From positions 320,001 through 384,000 of the forward strand of contig CAVSGG010000009.1 of the NCBI GenBank assembly GCA_963727455.1: a stretch of DNA of 64,000 nt. The letters run 5' to 3'. Both the position numbers and the translations under genes were made by a program. Below, one piece after another: positions 28,462 to 38,929 of this stretch (positions are counted from its first letter, which is position 1; each line of letters begins with the position of its first letter). Source of the DNA: Candidatus Krumholzibacteriota bacterium (lineage in GTDB: Bacteria; Krumholzibacteriota; Krumholzibacteriia; JAJRXK01). The notes below the pieces were generated by a model. The model saw nothing but the letters and a program-made list of their open reading frames with translations. It ran no database searches and was not told the DNA's origin.

Positions 28462-28615
28462 GATCGGCGAGAGCCCAAAGCCGCCTCGAGCCATCTGGGA
28501 GCCGAGGCAAGCCAGAGTTTCGCTTGGCTGGAGCTCGAGTTGGTGCTAGGCCTTTAGGTCGAGACGAAACGAAGATAGTCTTTCGTTCCCCGGTTCCACC
28601 TAGAGAGGAGCTGTC

Positions 28616-30439
28616 ATGAAGATCACGAGCATCCAGAGGGATGCCAGCTTCGCATTCATCATTCTGTTCTGCGGTGTCCTCTTCGGACCATCCGGTTGCA
28701 GCGATAGCAAGACCAGCACCGAACCAACGACGAATCCGGTTGCGCCTCAGGTGGTGACCGTACAACCCAGCAATCTGGATGCCTCAGTGGATCCCATGCA
28801 GACAGTACGGGTGACCTTCGATCAGCCTCTCGACACCACTCAAGATCTGAGCGGACTCATCGGACTGGGTTCGGCCTCCGTCACCCAGGTCAACCGACCG
28901 GCAAACAACGTGATCGAGGTGGAACACACGAGTTGGAACCAGGGAGAGCACGTGATGGTGACGCTCGATTCGAGCATCAAGAGCGCCAGCGGCGGCACCC
29001 TGGGAAGCCCCTATTCCTGGAGTTTCTGGACCCAGACCAGTTCCGTGCTTTTCCTGAGCAGCATCCCCGCCGATCAAGCCACCGGAGTGAACACCAACGC
29101 GCAGATGACTCTGCTCTTTTCCACCACGATGGACGTCTCTTCGCTCTCCAGCGAAATCTCGGCACAAGAGGTGCTCCCGGATCCCCCGGGCGGATTCAAT
29201 GATCTCGCATTCCATGTCACTGCAGGGGGGGACAGCTGGATCACCCTGAGTTTTGATTCGGCGCTCCCTGCCAACGCCACGATCCGGGTGACCATTCCCG
29301 TCACGGCGCAGGCCGATGACGGGCGCAACCTCAGCACCCAAGCGGTCATCGAGTTCGAGACGGGGGCTACGGGGGATACCACGCCGCCGAATCTCGTGTC
29401 GATGGAACCGGCCAATGGCTCGACGATTTCACCAAACACCTCGTTCATTCGCTTCACCTTCGACGAGCCGATCGATCCGAACGACTTCGACCCCTCGGTC
29501 GTCGGGGCCCAGCTGTTCTTCCTGGTAAACTCGGCGGGACAGCAAACGCAGTGGTCGGACAATTTCACCGTCTTCACGGTTCCATTGCCCCACCCGCTCC
29601 CCAGTGGGCTTCCCCTGCGCGCCACCTTCGACCATTTCACGGACATGGCGGGCAACGCCAACACCTCGGGACTGGACCTCTCGCTCACCGTGAGCGGCGA
29701 TGTCGACTACTACCCCTTCCTCGACGGCTTCAAGTTCGGTTTCGAAAGCATCAGCTACTACGACCAGGGTTCTGGTCAGATGGGTCCGCAATTCTACGGG
29801 ACCTACGAGAGTCTGCGGCGTGAGGACGCAACGACCTGGAATCGCGTGAGCTATGACGATGTCTTCCAGACGGAGAACGGCTGGGACATCCTGAGCCGCA
29901 CCAGCAACGCCGTCAAACTCATGGGCTTCACCGAGTACGATGGCGGCACGCTGGTCGAGACAACGCTGAGCCCGCCGGTGGATTGGCTGAAACTCCCCCC
30001 CAGCGCCCAGACTTGGAGTGGAACCACCACCGCATCCAACACCGGTGGCACCATTCAGATCGAATACTCGGCGCAGCTCGTGGGGCAGGAGGATCTACCT
30101 CTGTCGCCCGACATTCCATTCAGCGGGCGGTCCGGCTGGCCCATCTTGTCCAAGCAGATTGTGGGACCACAGATCATCTGGTACGACTGCTGGAAGTGGA
30201 TCCTCGACTTCGCGATGAAGGACGGCGGGGTTACCGTCCAATCGGGCGCGGACACCCTCTGGTACGCAGCCGGCATCGGCAAGGTGTGGGAACGCGACCG
30301 GGAGGAAGATAATTCGGGCAACTGGGACTGGACGCAGAATTACCTCATGGATCTGTCCCTGCCGGGTTACGACTTCCCGGAGGCGAAGTCGGCCAAGATG
30401 ATAAAACCTGAGAGCTCCTCATTCTCTCGGTGGCGGTAG
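28616..30439 (+). CDS. Lipoprotein with three tandem bacterial Ig-like (Big_5/SbsA) domains and a beta-rich C-terminal domain
   Basis: GPSGC lipobox; repeated 'P.V....P......V......V.F..P+D' units; WYAAGIGKV near the C-terminus. Confidence 0.8.
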   Translation: MKITSIQRDASFAFIILFCGVLFGPSGCSDSKTSTEPTTNPVAPQVVTVQPSNLDASVDPMQTVRVTFDQPLDTTQDLSGLIGLGSASVTQVNRPANNVIEVEHTSWNQGEHVMVTLDSSIKSASGGTLGSPYSWSFWTQTSSVLFLSSIPADQATGVNTNAQMTLLFSTTMDVSSLSSEISAQEVLPDPPGGFNDLAFHVTAGGDSWITLSFDSALPANATIRVTIPVTAQADDGRNLSTQAVIEFETGATGDTTPPNLVSMEPANGSTISPNTSFIRFTFDEPIDPNDFDPSVVGAQLFFLVNSAGQQTQWSDNFTVFTVPLPHPLPSGLPLRATFDHFTDMAGNANTSGLDLSLTVSGDVDYYPFLDGFKFGFESISYYDQGSGQMGPQFYGTYESLRREDATTWNRVSYDDVFQTENGWDILSRTSNAVKLMGFTEYDGGTLVETTLSPPVDWLKLPPSAQTWSGTTTASNTGGTIQIEYSAQLVGQEDLPLSPDIPFSGRSGWPILSKQIVGPQIIWYDCWKWILDFAMKDGGVTVQSGADTLWYAAGIGKVWERDREEDNSGNWDWTQNYLMDLSLPGYDFPEAKSAKMIKPESSSFSRWR

Positions 30440-30444
30440 AAACG

Positions 30445-30475
30445 AGCGCGCGGGGCAGAACAGGCCCCGCGCGCT
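30445..30475. terminator. 12-bp perfect hairpin between convergent genes
   Basis: AGCGCGCGGGGC-7nt-GCCCCGCGCGCT. Confidence 0.7.
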
Positions 30476-31001
30476 ATTTCGTGAACTCGAAGTTCTGGGG
30501 ATCGTAGCCCGCCTCCTCCAAGCGAGAGAGGATGCGGGCGAGAGTCGCGTTATCGAGGGATGGCTGCCGGGCCAGAATCCAGCCGTACTTGCGCTGCGGA
30601 TGGCCCACGATCGCCCACTGGTAGTCCTCCCCCAAACCGATCACCCAGTAGTCTCCCCAGAAGAGCTGCTTTCCCAGGATGCTCACGAAGCTCACTTGGA
30701 GTCGTGCCGGGTTCCCTCCGCTGGCGATACGCGCAATCCCGCGGGCCTGCAGGATCTTCCCGTTCTCCTTGCGACAGCGATTGGTCACCTCGATGCGACC
30801 GTCGTTTCGCAGAGTGTACTCGGCCGTCGTGTTCGAAGCGCACTCGCGCTGGAAGCGGTTGGGTATGCGAGCTATCTCGTACCAGTGACCGGCATAGCGT
30901 TGCAAGTCGAGCCCGTCGACCACGCGCGGAGCATGCTCGGCGGTGGACTCCGCACGAGCACTGGTGGCCATCATGGCCAGAAAACACAGAGCAAGGATCA
31001 C
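30474..31001 (-). CDS. blc: Bacterial lipocalin (Blc family)
   Basis: DLQRYAGHWYEIAR, AEY, GDYWVI..DY, WILARQP. Confidence 0.9.
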   Translation of the reverse strand: MILALCFLAMMATSARAESTAEHAPRVVDGLDLQRYAGHWYEIARIPNRFQRECASNTTAEYTLRNDGRIEVTNRCRKENGKILQARGIARIASGGNPARLQVSFVSILGKQLFWGDYWVIGLGEDYQWAIVGHPQRKYGWILARQPSLDNATLARILSRLEEAGYDPQNFEFTK

Positions 31002-31552
31002 CTTGTTTCTCTCCTATCTCTTTCGTCCGGCATCTCCGCGAGCCTGGGGCGGGGACGGTAGAAGCTCTGGGAAGCAAGATAGCGCTCGTCGAAACGCAGA
31101 ATCCAGGACCACAGGAGAGTCAACAGGGCGCTCAGAGGGAGCCGCTGCGCGCGATAGTCTTCGATCAATCCTAGAAAGTGTGCCCTCTCCGGCGGGGAAA
31201 CTCGATCCTTGAAATAACCGAAGGCGTGCTCCAGCGCGTTGATGGTGCTGCCCGTCCGCGGAGTTCTGGCCAGTGCGCTTTTTAGTAATCGTCCGTACTC
31301 GGGTAGGATGTCTTCGAGGGGGCGCTGGCCGCAGGAGGCAACGAGCGGTCCCATGCGGCGCAAGTTTCCCTCATCGCAGGCGAGTAGAAGGTGCTTGTGC
31401 CGACGATGGAAGTCGACCAGAGCGCCGCGCGAGGGATTCTCGCGCAGCATCTGCCGAAATTCGGCCAAGGCGAAGCTCCGTGTCAGAAGCTGCTGCCGCG
31501 CGACCGGATCGTTGATCGTACTCAACGACTCAAAACAAGTTCTGGTTTGCAT
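30998..31552 (-). CDS. YbgA/DUF1722-family protein
   Basis: LVDFHRRHKHLLLA, NALEHAFGYFK, IEDYR, YLASQSFY.P.P. Confidence 0.85.
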   Translation of the reverse strand: MQTRTCFESLSTINDPVARQQLLTRSFALAEFRQMLRENPSRGALVDFHRRHKHLLLACDEGNLRRMGPLVASCGQRPLEDILPEYGRLLKSALARTPRTGSTINALEHAFGYFKDRVSPPERAHFLGLIEDYRAQRLPLSALLTLLWSWILRFDERYLASQSFYRPRPRLAEMPDERDRRETR

Positions 31553-33000
31553 AGCGTTCGAGGTATTCCTTCACGCGCAGCTTGCGCGCCGTGTTCTTGC
31601 AGCTCATGTAACGGATCTTGCCGAAGACCTCTCTCTCAGGTCCCCAGGCTCGGTCGTAGCGCCCCAGAACCCAGAAGATACCGCTTGATGGAATTGGGAT
31701 CGCGTCCATCCAGGGCATACTTGTCGTTCAGCTGCAGCATGGATTCGAGTGCTTCGCGGGGGCTAGAGCTCCAGTGCAGGATCTTCTTGCCCCAGAGCAT
31801 GCGCAGGTAGTTGTGGATTTCTCCTTTGCGCACGAGTTGTGTCTGCGCCGCATTCCACAGTGGATCGTGGGTCCGCGCTTCCTCAAATTCCTTCAAGGCG
31901 TAGCTATACGGACGCGGGTCATTTTCGTGCTCCTGCAGCGTCGCCCGCGCCCAGTCCGGCAGCGAATCGTATTCGCGTAGTCCTTCAAAAAGCGCGCCGC
32001 ATTGAATCCGACTTCCCTCCAGGTGATCAGTTGGTCGAGAAACGCCTCCGCACCTTCCGACATGCCCCACCACCCGTTTCGCGCACCCTTGCCTTTGCCC
32101 GCTGACCCGGGAGAAATTCCAGCCTTCGCGTTCGGCCAGGGCGGTGAAGATCTCGTGGGAGCGAATGTACCCATAGTGTAGATGGGCGGAGAGTCTGCTG
32201 CAGGCATGGAGCTCCGGCTGGTTGCGCTCTTGAAATAGCGGTCCAGTTTCGTCTCCAGGAAGTCTTCAGGGCGCGCCGCGCCGCCTTCGTGCCGCCATGA
32301 CGCTTCTCCACCCGCGCCACGCTGTGATCGATCGGGAGCGCGGAGAGCAGGGAATCGATGGATTTCTCGCGGAAAGGCGGGGCCAGCGCGTCTCGATTTC
32401 TTCAAGATCCGCGCGGAAGGGAAGCAGATCCGCCCGCGCAGAGGATCACACACGAGGGAATTCTCGCAGGGGCGCGCTCAGCTCTCGTTGCAGATGACGC
32501 CGGAAGTCATGAGCGCGAGCGAACGCCTTCTGGGACTGTGCCAGGGGCAAGATGCCGCAGGAGTCGACGGCATCCATCGCGAATCGACTTGCGTCGCAGC
32601 ACTTTCAGCATCCGCGGGTAGAAGAACCCGGGATGGTCGTCGGTCACCACACAGACTGCGCGCGCGGCGAGAGCAGCGAGGAGACCCGAGCCGGCGTCAG
32701 GCTTGGGCTCCACGTAGGGATAATACCCGACGCCACTGTTGCGTAGGGCCTCCTCGTGCTCGCGCATGCCCTCCAGCAGGAAGGCATGGTGCCGGTCGGA
32801 AGCCCACGGATAGTCGGTACGAAGGGCTTCGAGAATGAGCAGGGGCCGCCGTCGCTCCGCGGCGAGCGCGACGGCCCTCTGCAACGCGAAGTTCCAGACC
32901 AATCGCCGCTGAGCGACCATCCAGTACAGAACGAAGTCCCCTCAAAGCGTAGGGGACCCTCGTTCAGTACTCGGACTCGGATTGCCGGAACCACACGCAT
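31530..33000 (-). pseudogene. phrB: Class II CPD photolyase, split by several frameshifts (sequence error or pseudogene)
   Basis: Fragments in different frames: VLYWMVAQRRLVWNFAL, PYVEP, FLDQLITWRE, THDPLWNAAQ, IHNYLRMLWGKKIL, ALDGRDPNS, DRAWGPEREVFGKIRYM. Confidence 0.88.
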
Positions 33001-33034
33001 ACTTCTGGTCAACCCGCCTGCCGATGCGACTCAG

Positions 33035-33260
33035 CCGTGACCGAAGACGGTCGGGACTCCACTGCCAGCGCGAACGAATCTCTTGCCATTGAACGGCCTG
33101 ATACAGCGCGGAGACCCCGACCAGGGTATAGACCAACCGGCTGAGCGCGCTCATGTCCCCAAGATGGTGGCCACCAGGTCGAAACCGAAGAGACCGACCA
33201 GGCCCCAATTGAGACCGCCGACCACCAGAAGAATTCCACTGAGAGATCGAGCTGCTTCAT
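33035..33260 (-). pseudogene. DUF378-family small membrane protein, frameshifted
   Basis: GGAGG RBS and ATG 33260; LLVVGGLNWGLVGLFGFDLVA then SRLVYTLVG.SALY in another frame. The 3' end is approximate. Confidence 0.8.
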
Positions 33261-33283
33261 CTCTGTCCTCCGACTTTGAAAGC

Positions 33284-33377
33284 TTGTCCAAGATTTGTCC
33301 AACACCACGCGGAAATTTACGCGGGATTGGCCATATGTCAAGGATATGTCTTATTATTTCTAGACAATACTTGGACA
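33284..33377. promoter_or_regulatory. Candidate CarH/LitR operator: three pairs of 11-bp-spaced direct repeats
   Basis: TTGTCCAA at 33284 and 33295; TATGTC at 33334 and 33345; T..ACA (TAGACA/TGGACA) at 33361 and 33372. Sits between divergent carH and DUF378-photolyase genes. Confidence 0.68.
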
Positions 33378-33395
33378 AAAGGGGGTGGGGCTTTC

Positions 33396-33989
33396 GTGAT
33401 ACAGAAAAGGCATCCCATTCAAGTCGCGGCTCTGCGCGCCGGGTTGAGCCCGGAACTCCCGGGGGCCTGGGAAAAGCGCTACCAGGCCGTCGCCCGCGCG
33501 CGGACCGGGGCGGGCAGCGCGTCTATTCCGACTAGGAAATTCCTCGGCTGCGTCTTTTGCGGCTGGCGGCGGGACGGCGGATCGGGGGCGTCGCCTTCCT
33601 CACGACCGAGGAACTCTCGGCCCTCGTCGAAGAGGATCACACGCAGCTTGCCCAGCAGCGTTTTGCGACCGCCGCTTCGCCCACTGCAGAGGCCGTGGTT
33701 AGTGACTTATCTGGGAGCGGATCTCCCGCTGGAAGACGTTGCCGTAGCCGTGGTCAAGACGAAAGCCCAGGCTCTGGCCCTCAGCCTGGTCCACCCCGCA
33801 GCGGACCCCGAACTGCGCGAGGAACTCCTCAAACTCAGGCAACTACTTCCCGCGCAGGTGGCAATCATCGCCGGGGGCGCCGCAGCGGAGAGCTACCGGG
33901 AAGTCTGGAGCCAGATCGAGGCGCGAGTCCTCACGAATCCTCTCGAACTGAAGCACACCTTGGCAGAAATCGAGAGCGAGAAAAGCTGA
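33396..33989 (+). pseudogene. CarH/LitR-like MerR-family B12-binding regulator, disrupted and internally deleted
   Basis: HPIQVAA.R.GLS...AWEKRY and GQRVYSD*EI.RLRLL (MerR HTH); C-terminal YLGADLP...ALALS...IIAGG (B12-binding Rossmann domain); middle region missing. Confidence 0.8.
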
Positions 33990-34006
33990 TTCTCCGAAGG
34001 GAAAGC

Positions 34007-34416
34007 TCAGTCCACTTTCACCACCACGGTATTGGCGAGCTTGTCGCCCAGACGCTGACGCCGCTCTCCGAAAATGAAGATCCAGTCGATCCAATTCAGA
34101 ATGAGAGCGAGATGTTGCGAACGAAGGACTCGCCGAATCCACAAGGCCTTCCCGTAGTGGCATTGATCACGCGCGAATTCACGCCCTTCTTCCCCAAACT
34201 CTGGCCCTCGGGAAGTCCATCCTGAAGCAGGAGATAGAACAGGGCGGGGATGGATCCGAGCACGACCGCGACCGTTTCGCCCAGCATGAAGTGCAAAAGG
34301 AAAATCGGAATGAACACGAGCGCCACGTAGACGAGTCCATCCAGGAACTGACCTAGCCAGCGTTCGAAGCGCGTGGCGTAGCGATACTGTCTTCCGGCAA
34401 TTTCGATCTGGTCCAT
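34007..34416 (-). CDS. RDD-family membrane protein (one frameshift near the 3' end)
   Basis: R..A...R......D, GQSLGKK, RN, then QRLGDKLANTVVV in an alternative frame. Confidence 0.82.
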
Positions 34417-34562
34417 GAATTCGTCTCCCTTCCGAGTACGGACGGATGAACCAAAAAGGGGTTGGGCGCCAGTCTGTCCGAATCGCCGCGAGAAATCCAC
34501 CGTTCTTCAAAGTGCGCGCTGATGTGCTAAGCTTCCCCAGCTCGTGAGTCGTCCGTCTGTTC

Positions 34563-37500
34563 TTGCCGATCCACCCCCACGAGAGGCATCGAGCGCCATG
34601 TGTGACCGTCATCTGCGATACGCGAATCATCCTGATTCCATTGCTCTTCGTCTCGCTCGTGGCTGCTTCGATCGTCCACGCGGGCACCCCTTCTCCGCAG
34701 TCCTGGCGCGACATCACGGTTTATCAAATCGTGACCGACCGATTTTTCGACGGTGCAAGCTCCAACGACAATCTGGGCGGCAGCTACGATCCCTCAGACG
34801 GTTCTCGTGCACACGGAGGGGACTTCCAGGGACTCCAGGCAAAGCTGGACTACATCGCGGGACTGGGAGTGGACGCGGTCTGGATTTCCCCGGTCGTGCT
34901 CAACGCCAACGGCGAATACCACGGTTACGCGGCGCGTGATTTCTTCACCATCGCCCCTCAAATGGGTGGACTCTCCGGACTTCAATCCTTCGTCTCCGCT
35001 GCACATGCGCGTGGTATCTACGTGATCCTCGACGTGGTCACGAACCACATGGGCAATCTCATCGGATCCTTCGATCCCGGTTATCCCGACTACGATCCCT
35101 CCGGCGGCTATCAGCTGAACTGGTGGAACGCCGCCAATCATTACGACCCTCCCTTCGACGATCTCTCGTGGTTTCATTCCAACGGAGAGATCCAGGATTA
35201 CTCCGACCCCGAGCAGATTGTGGGCGGGCTCTTCGGCCTGGATGATCTGAAAACTGAGTTGCCGGCGGTTCGCGACGTTTTGGCTGACGCCTATTCGCAG
35301 CTCATCCAGGAAACCGACTGCGACGGCTTTCGCATCGACACGGTCAAGCATGTGGAGATCGGGTTCTGGCAGGATTTCGCGCCGCGCATCCGCGCCGCCG
35401 CGCTGGCGGAGGGAAAGGACAATTTCCTGCTCATGGGAGAGGTCTACGACGGGGATCCGGCCAAGGTGGGCTACTACACGGGAACCCAGGCGGGTGGGGC
35501 CTATGCTCTGAACTCGGCCACCTGGTTTCCCATGTGTTTCGCGGCACGCTGGGTCTTCTCGGGCAACGGCTTCCCCGCGGTGCTCGACTGGGTCATGGCC
35601 GATTCGACGGCCTACGATCCCTCCACCCGCTGGCAACTGGGAAACTTCTACGACAACCACGACATGGGACGTCTCGCCGCGCAGGGCCTCGCCTGGCAAG
35701 ACGATACCCTGCTGCGCCAGGCGCTCACCTGGCTTCTGACCTGGCCCGGGATGCCCATACTCTACTATGGCACCGAGCAAGAATACGATGGCGGCGGAGA
35801 TCCCTGGAACCGAGAGGACCTGTGGGACGGGCAATGGGATTTCGGTCCGAGCCAGGGGGACGGCTACAACATGGCGACCCCGCTCTACGCACTCACCCGC
35901 CGCTTGCAGGACCTCCGTCATCAACTGCCGGCGATTCGCCGCGGGAAAATCAGCGTGCTGGCGGCGGATGATGCCGACCCCGGGGCCCTCGTGTACCTCC
36001 GCCCCGATCCCCAATCTCCCCAGCATGACGTCCTGGTGGCGATGAATACGTCCTGGATGGATACCACGGTGACGGTCCCGACTCGTTGGAACACTGGAGT
36101 GATCGTCGAGGACCGCTTGGGCTCGGGCAGAACTCTGACCGTGGGCGGCGGAGGCTACCTCGAGCTTCATCTGGCGTCGCGAGCCAACTTCCTCTTCACC
36201 CAAACGAATCCCGCGACGCGTCCGCGCATCCTGAGTCTGAGCCCTCATCACGACGGCTGGTTCCAGGACCAATACCAGAAGATCGAGATCGGCTTCGACC
36301 GGCCCATGCAGCCCGCGAGCAGCAGCTACTTCGACCTCGACCCTCCGGTTTCGTTCAGCGTGTACTGGCGCAACCAGGACACGGCGGTGATCACCCCCAC
36401 CTCACCCTGGCCCAACAGCGGCACCTGGCGCCTGCGCATCGACGCCGCTCTCACCGCACAGGACGGACAGCAGCTTGGATGAGGATTTCGAGAGCATCCT
36501 CCACAGCGGGCTGGGCGACGCCGGTCTGAACTCTGCCTTCGGGTTTCGCGGTCCAGGTGCTGATGCCGTTCAACATGCACCACCCTTTGGGTCTGGAAGT
36601 TCTACCCGGTGAGCTCACGGGACCGCATCCGCACGTGGACGATCCGCTGGTGGGCGACGTAGGAGCGCAAACGGATTCTGAGCATGCGTCCCAACCAGCG
36701 CGTATCCAGCTATGCGACACGCCCCGAGTTCCTCGACACCATTCTCTCCATCGACCGCGACGCAAGCGGCGATTTCGGAGCCGGACTCCTGGTGACGACG
36801 CCTTTCGAAGTCATGATGCAGGATGCGGATGGCGTATGGTCGCTACTCTGCACCCCCCCCAGCACGGTGGAAGCAGTCGTGGCGGGAACGGGTGCTCTGG
36901 CGGGCTACGCCTACCTGAGTTCCCCCTCGGCGGGAGGGCTCTACCGCGTCGCCCCGGGCGGCGGCAGCACGCTGTGGTCGACGGGCATGAGTCAACCGCG
37001 CGGTTTCGAGCAGGCTCCGGCCGGGCATCCGCTGGAAGGCAAGCTCGTCGTCTGTGACCCCGAGCTCGGTACGGGAGGTCGCGGCGAGCTGCTCGCAGTC
37101 GACTCCTCGGGCGCGTGGACGAGCTGGGTGGACGATCCCCTCATCGCCAACGGGATCGACATCGCCTTCGCCCCCTCCGGTCCCTTCGGCGAAGGGGTTG
37201 ACTATGTGGCCGACGCGTTCAACGAGCGCATCGTGGCGGTGAGCGCCGACGGCACGCCCTCGATCTTCGCCAGCGGTTTTGAAAACCTCTACGGCAGCGA
37301 CGTGCTGACGTTTGGAGGAGACGGTTCGCTCTACGTATTGGATCCGGGCGGATCGGAGAGCATCACCAACAGCGGCAGCACGGCCGAGCCGCGAATGCTG
37401 CGCATCAGCTCGCGTATCGCGACCGGCAGCCCCGCACCACGCATCAGCCGCCTCCGGCTGGCCGCGCATTCCAATCCCTTCAACCCGCGCGTGGAACTGA

Positions 37501-37721
37501 GTTACTCCTTGCCCTCAGCCGGACACCTGCGGCTCGACGTATACGCCGCCACCGGGCGGCACGTGGTAAGTCTGCTGGATGAAGATCGGCCAGCCGGTAC
37601 CGGACGTGTGCGGTGGGATGGCCATGACGCGAACGGAAGCCAGCTCTCGAGTGGCGTCTACCACACACGCATCCGCACCTCGACGCAGTCGGAAACGGTA
37701 AAACTGACCCTCGTGCGTTGA
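34563..37721 (+). CDS. Secreted GH13 alpha-amylase-family protein with Ig domain, beta-propeller and FlgD-Ig C-terminal domain; frameshifted around 36480-36690
   Basis: YQIVTDRF, GGDFQG, WISP, YHGY, NH, DGFRIDTVKH, GEVY, DNHD. The downstream ORF 36684-37721 ends NPFNP...WDG...SGVY...KLTLVR. Start uncertain. Confidence 0.82.
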
Positions 37722-37816
37722 CGGGGACGGCGCGCATTGCCTAGACTTTGCGCCGGTTGGGGCGCCGGTCCATTCGTCGCCGGGACCGCTGGTTGGTATT
37801 CGCGGGGGTTCTCACC

Positions 37817-38929
37817 ATGGCTCAGGTCTCGATCGAGAAGGTTTCCAAGACCTACGGGGGAACCGTGCAAGCGGTGCGCGAGGCTTCCTTTGTGGTGCAC
37901 GACCAGGAGTTCCTGGTACTGGTCGGCCCCTCGGGCTGTGGCAAATCCACTTTGCTGCGCATGGTGGCCGGACTCGAGGACGTAACCGAGGGTACGATTC
38001 GTATCGGCGATCGCGTCGTCAACGACGTTCCACCACGCGAACGCGACATCGCCATGGTCTTTCAGAACTACGCGCTCTACCCCCACATGAGCGTTTTCGA
38101 CAACATGTCCCTGGGACTGCGCATTCGGAAAGTTCCCCGGCAGGAGATTCAGGCCAACGTGCAGCGGGCAGCACGGGTCTTGGGCATCGAAACGCTTCTC
38201 TCGCGAAAGCCCGGTGAGCTCAGCGGGGGTCAACGCCAACGCGTGGCGGTGGGTCGAGCCATCGTCCGGGAACCCAAGGTCTTCCTCTTCGACGAACCAC
38301 TCAGCAACCTCGATCCGGACATGCGCGCCGAAATGAGGACCGAGATCTCGCGCCTGCACCATCAACTCGGCGCGACCATGATCTACGTCACGCATGATCA
38401 GGTGGAGGCCATGACCATGGGCAACCGGATCGTGGTCATTAAGGATGGGATCGTGCAACAGGTGGACACGCCGATGGCGCTGTACAATCGTCCGGCGAAT
38501 CGATTCGTGGCCGGTTTCGTCGGCACCCCACGAATGAATTTCTGGCCGGCACGACTGGGCACGGACGAGGGCGGTATGCTGCGGATCGGCGAGCACCGGC
38601 TGAAACTCCAAGGTACGATGCCAAAGTCTCTGGCCCAGCTGCGCGACCGCGAATTCATCCTGGGACTTCGGGCCGAGGACACTTCATTTGCTGCATCGGC
38701 TGGCTCGTCACCTCTCAGCACCGAACTCACGGCCACGATCGACGTGATCGAACCCCTGGGAAGCGAGACGCTCCTTTACTGGAACCTGGAAGGCGTCACC
38801 GCTACGAGCCGGGTCCCCTCCACCACGGGAGTCTCCGTCGAGCAGGAAGTTCCTCTCCGCCTCAACCTGAGCCGCGCCCATTTCTTCGATCCCCAGAGTG
38901 GAAAGACTCTCCTATCGCAACCGAATTGA
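37817..38929 (+). CDS. MalK/UgpC/MsmX-type sugar ABC ATPase
   Basis: GPSGCGKS, MVFQNYALYPH, LSGGQRQR, DEPLSNLD, YVTHDQVEAMT, TOBE tail. Confidence 0.93.
   Translation: MAQVSIEKVSKTYGGTVQAVREASFVVHDQEFLVLVGPSGCGKSTLLRMVAGLEDVTEGTIRIGDRVVNDVPPRERDIAMVFQNYALYPHMSVFDNMSLGLRIRKVPRQEIQANVQRAARVLGIETLLSRKPGELSGGQRQRVAVGRAIVREPKVFLFDEPLSNLDPDMRAEMRTEISRLHHQLGATMIYVTHDQVEAMTMGNRIVVIKDGIVQQVDTPMALYNRPANRFVAGFVGTPRMNFWPARLGTDEGGMLRIGEHRLKLQGTMPKSLAQLRDREFILGLRAEDTSFAASAGSSPLSTELTATIDVIEPLGSETLLYWNLEGVTATSRVPSTTGVSVEQEVPLRLNLSRAHFFDPQSGKTLLSQPN

Noticed and set aside
26080-28494. 804-aa minus-strand ORF
   Set aside because: Antisense shadow of the esterase and D-cysteine desulfhydrase genes; no motifs, and expected at high GC.
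36480-36482. Selenocysteine or readthrough at the TGA ending the GH13 ORF
   Set aside because: The protein-like continuation is in a different frame, so an indel explains it better.
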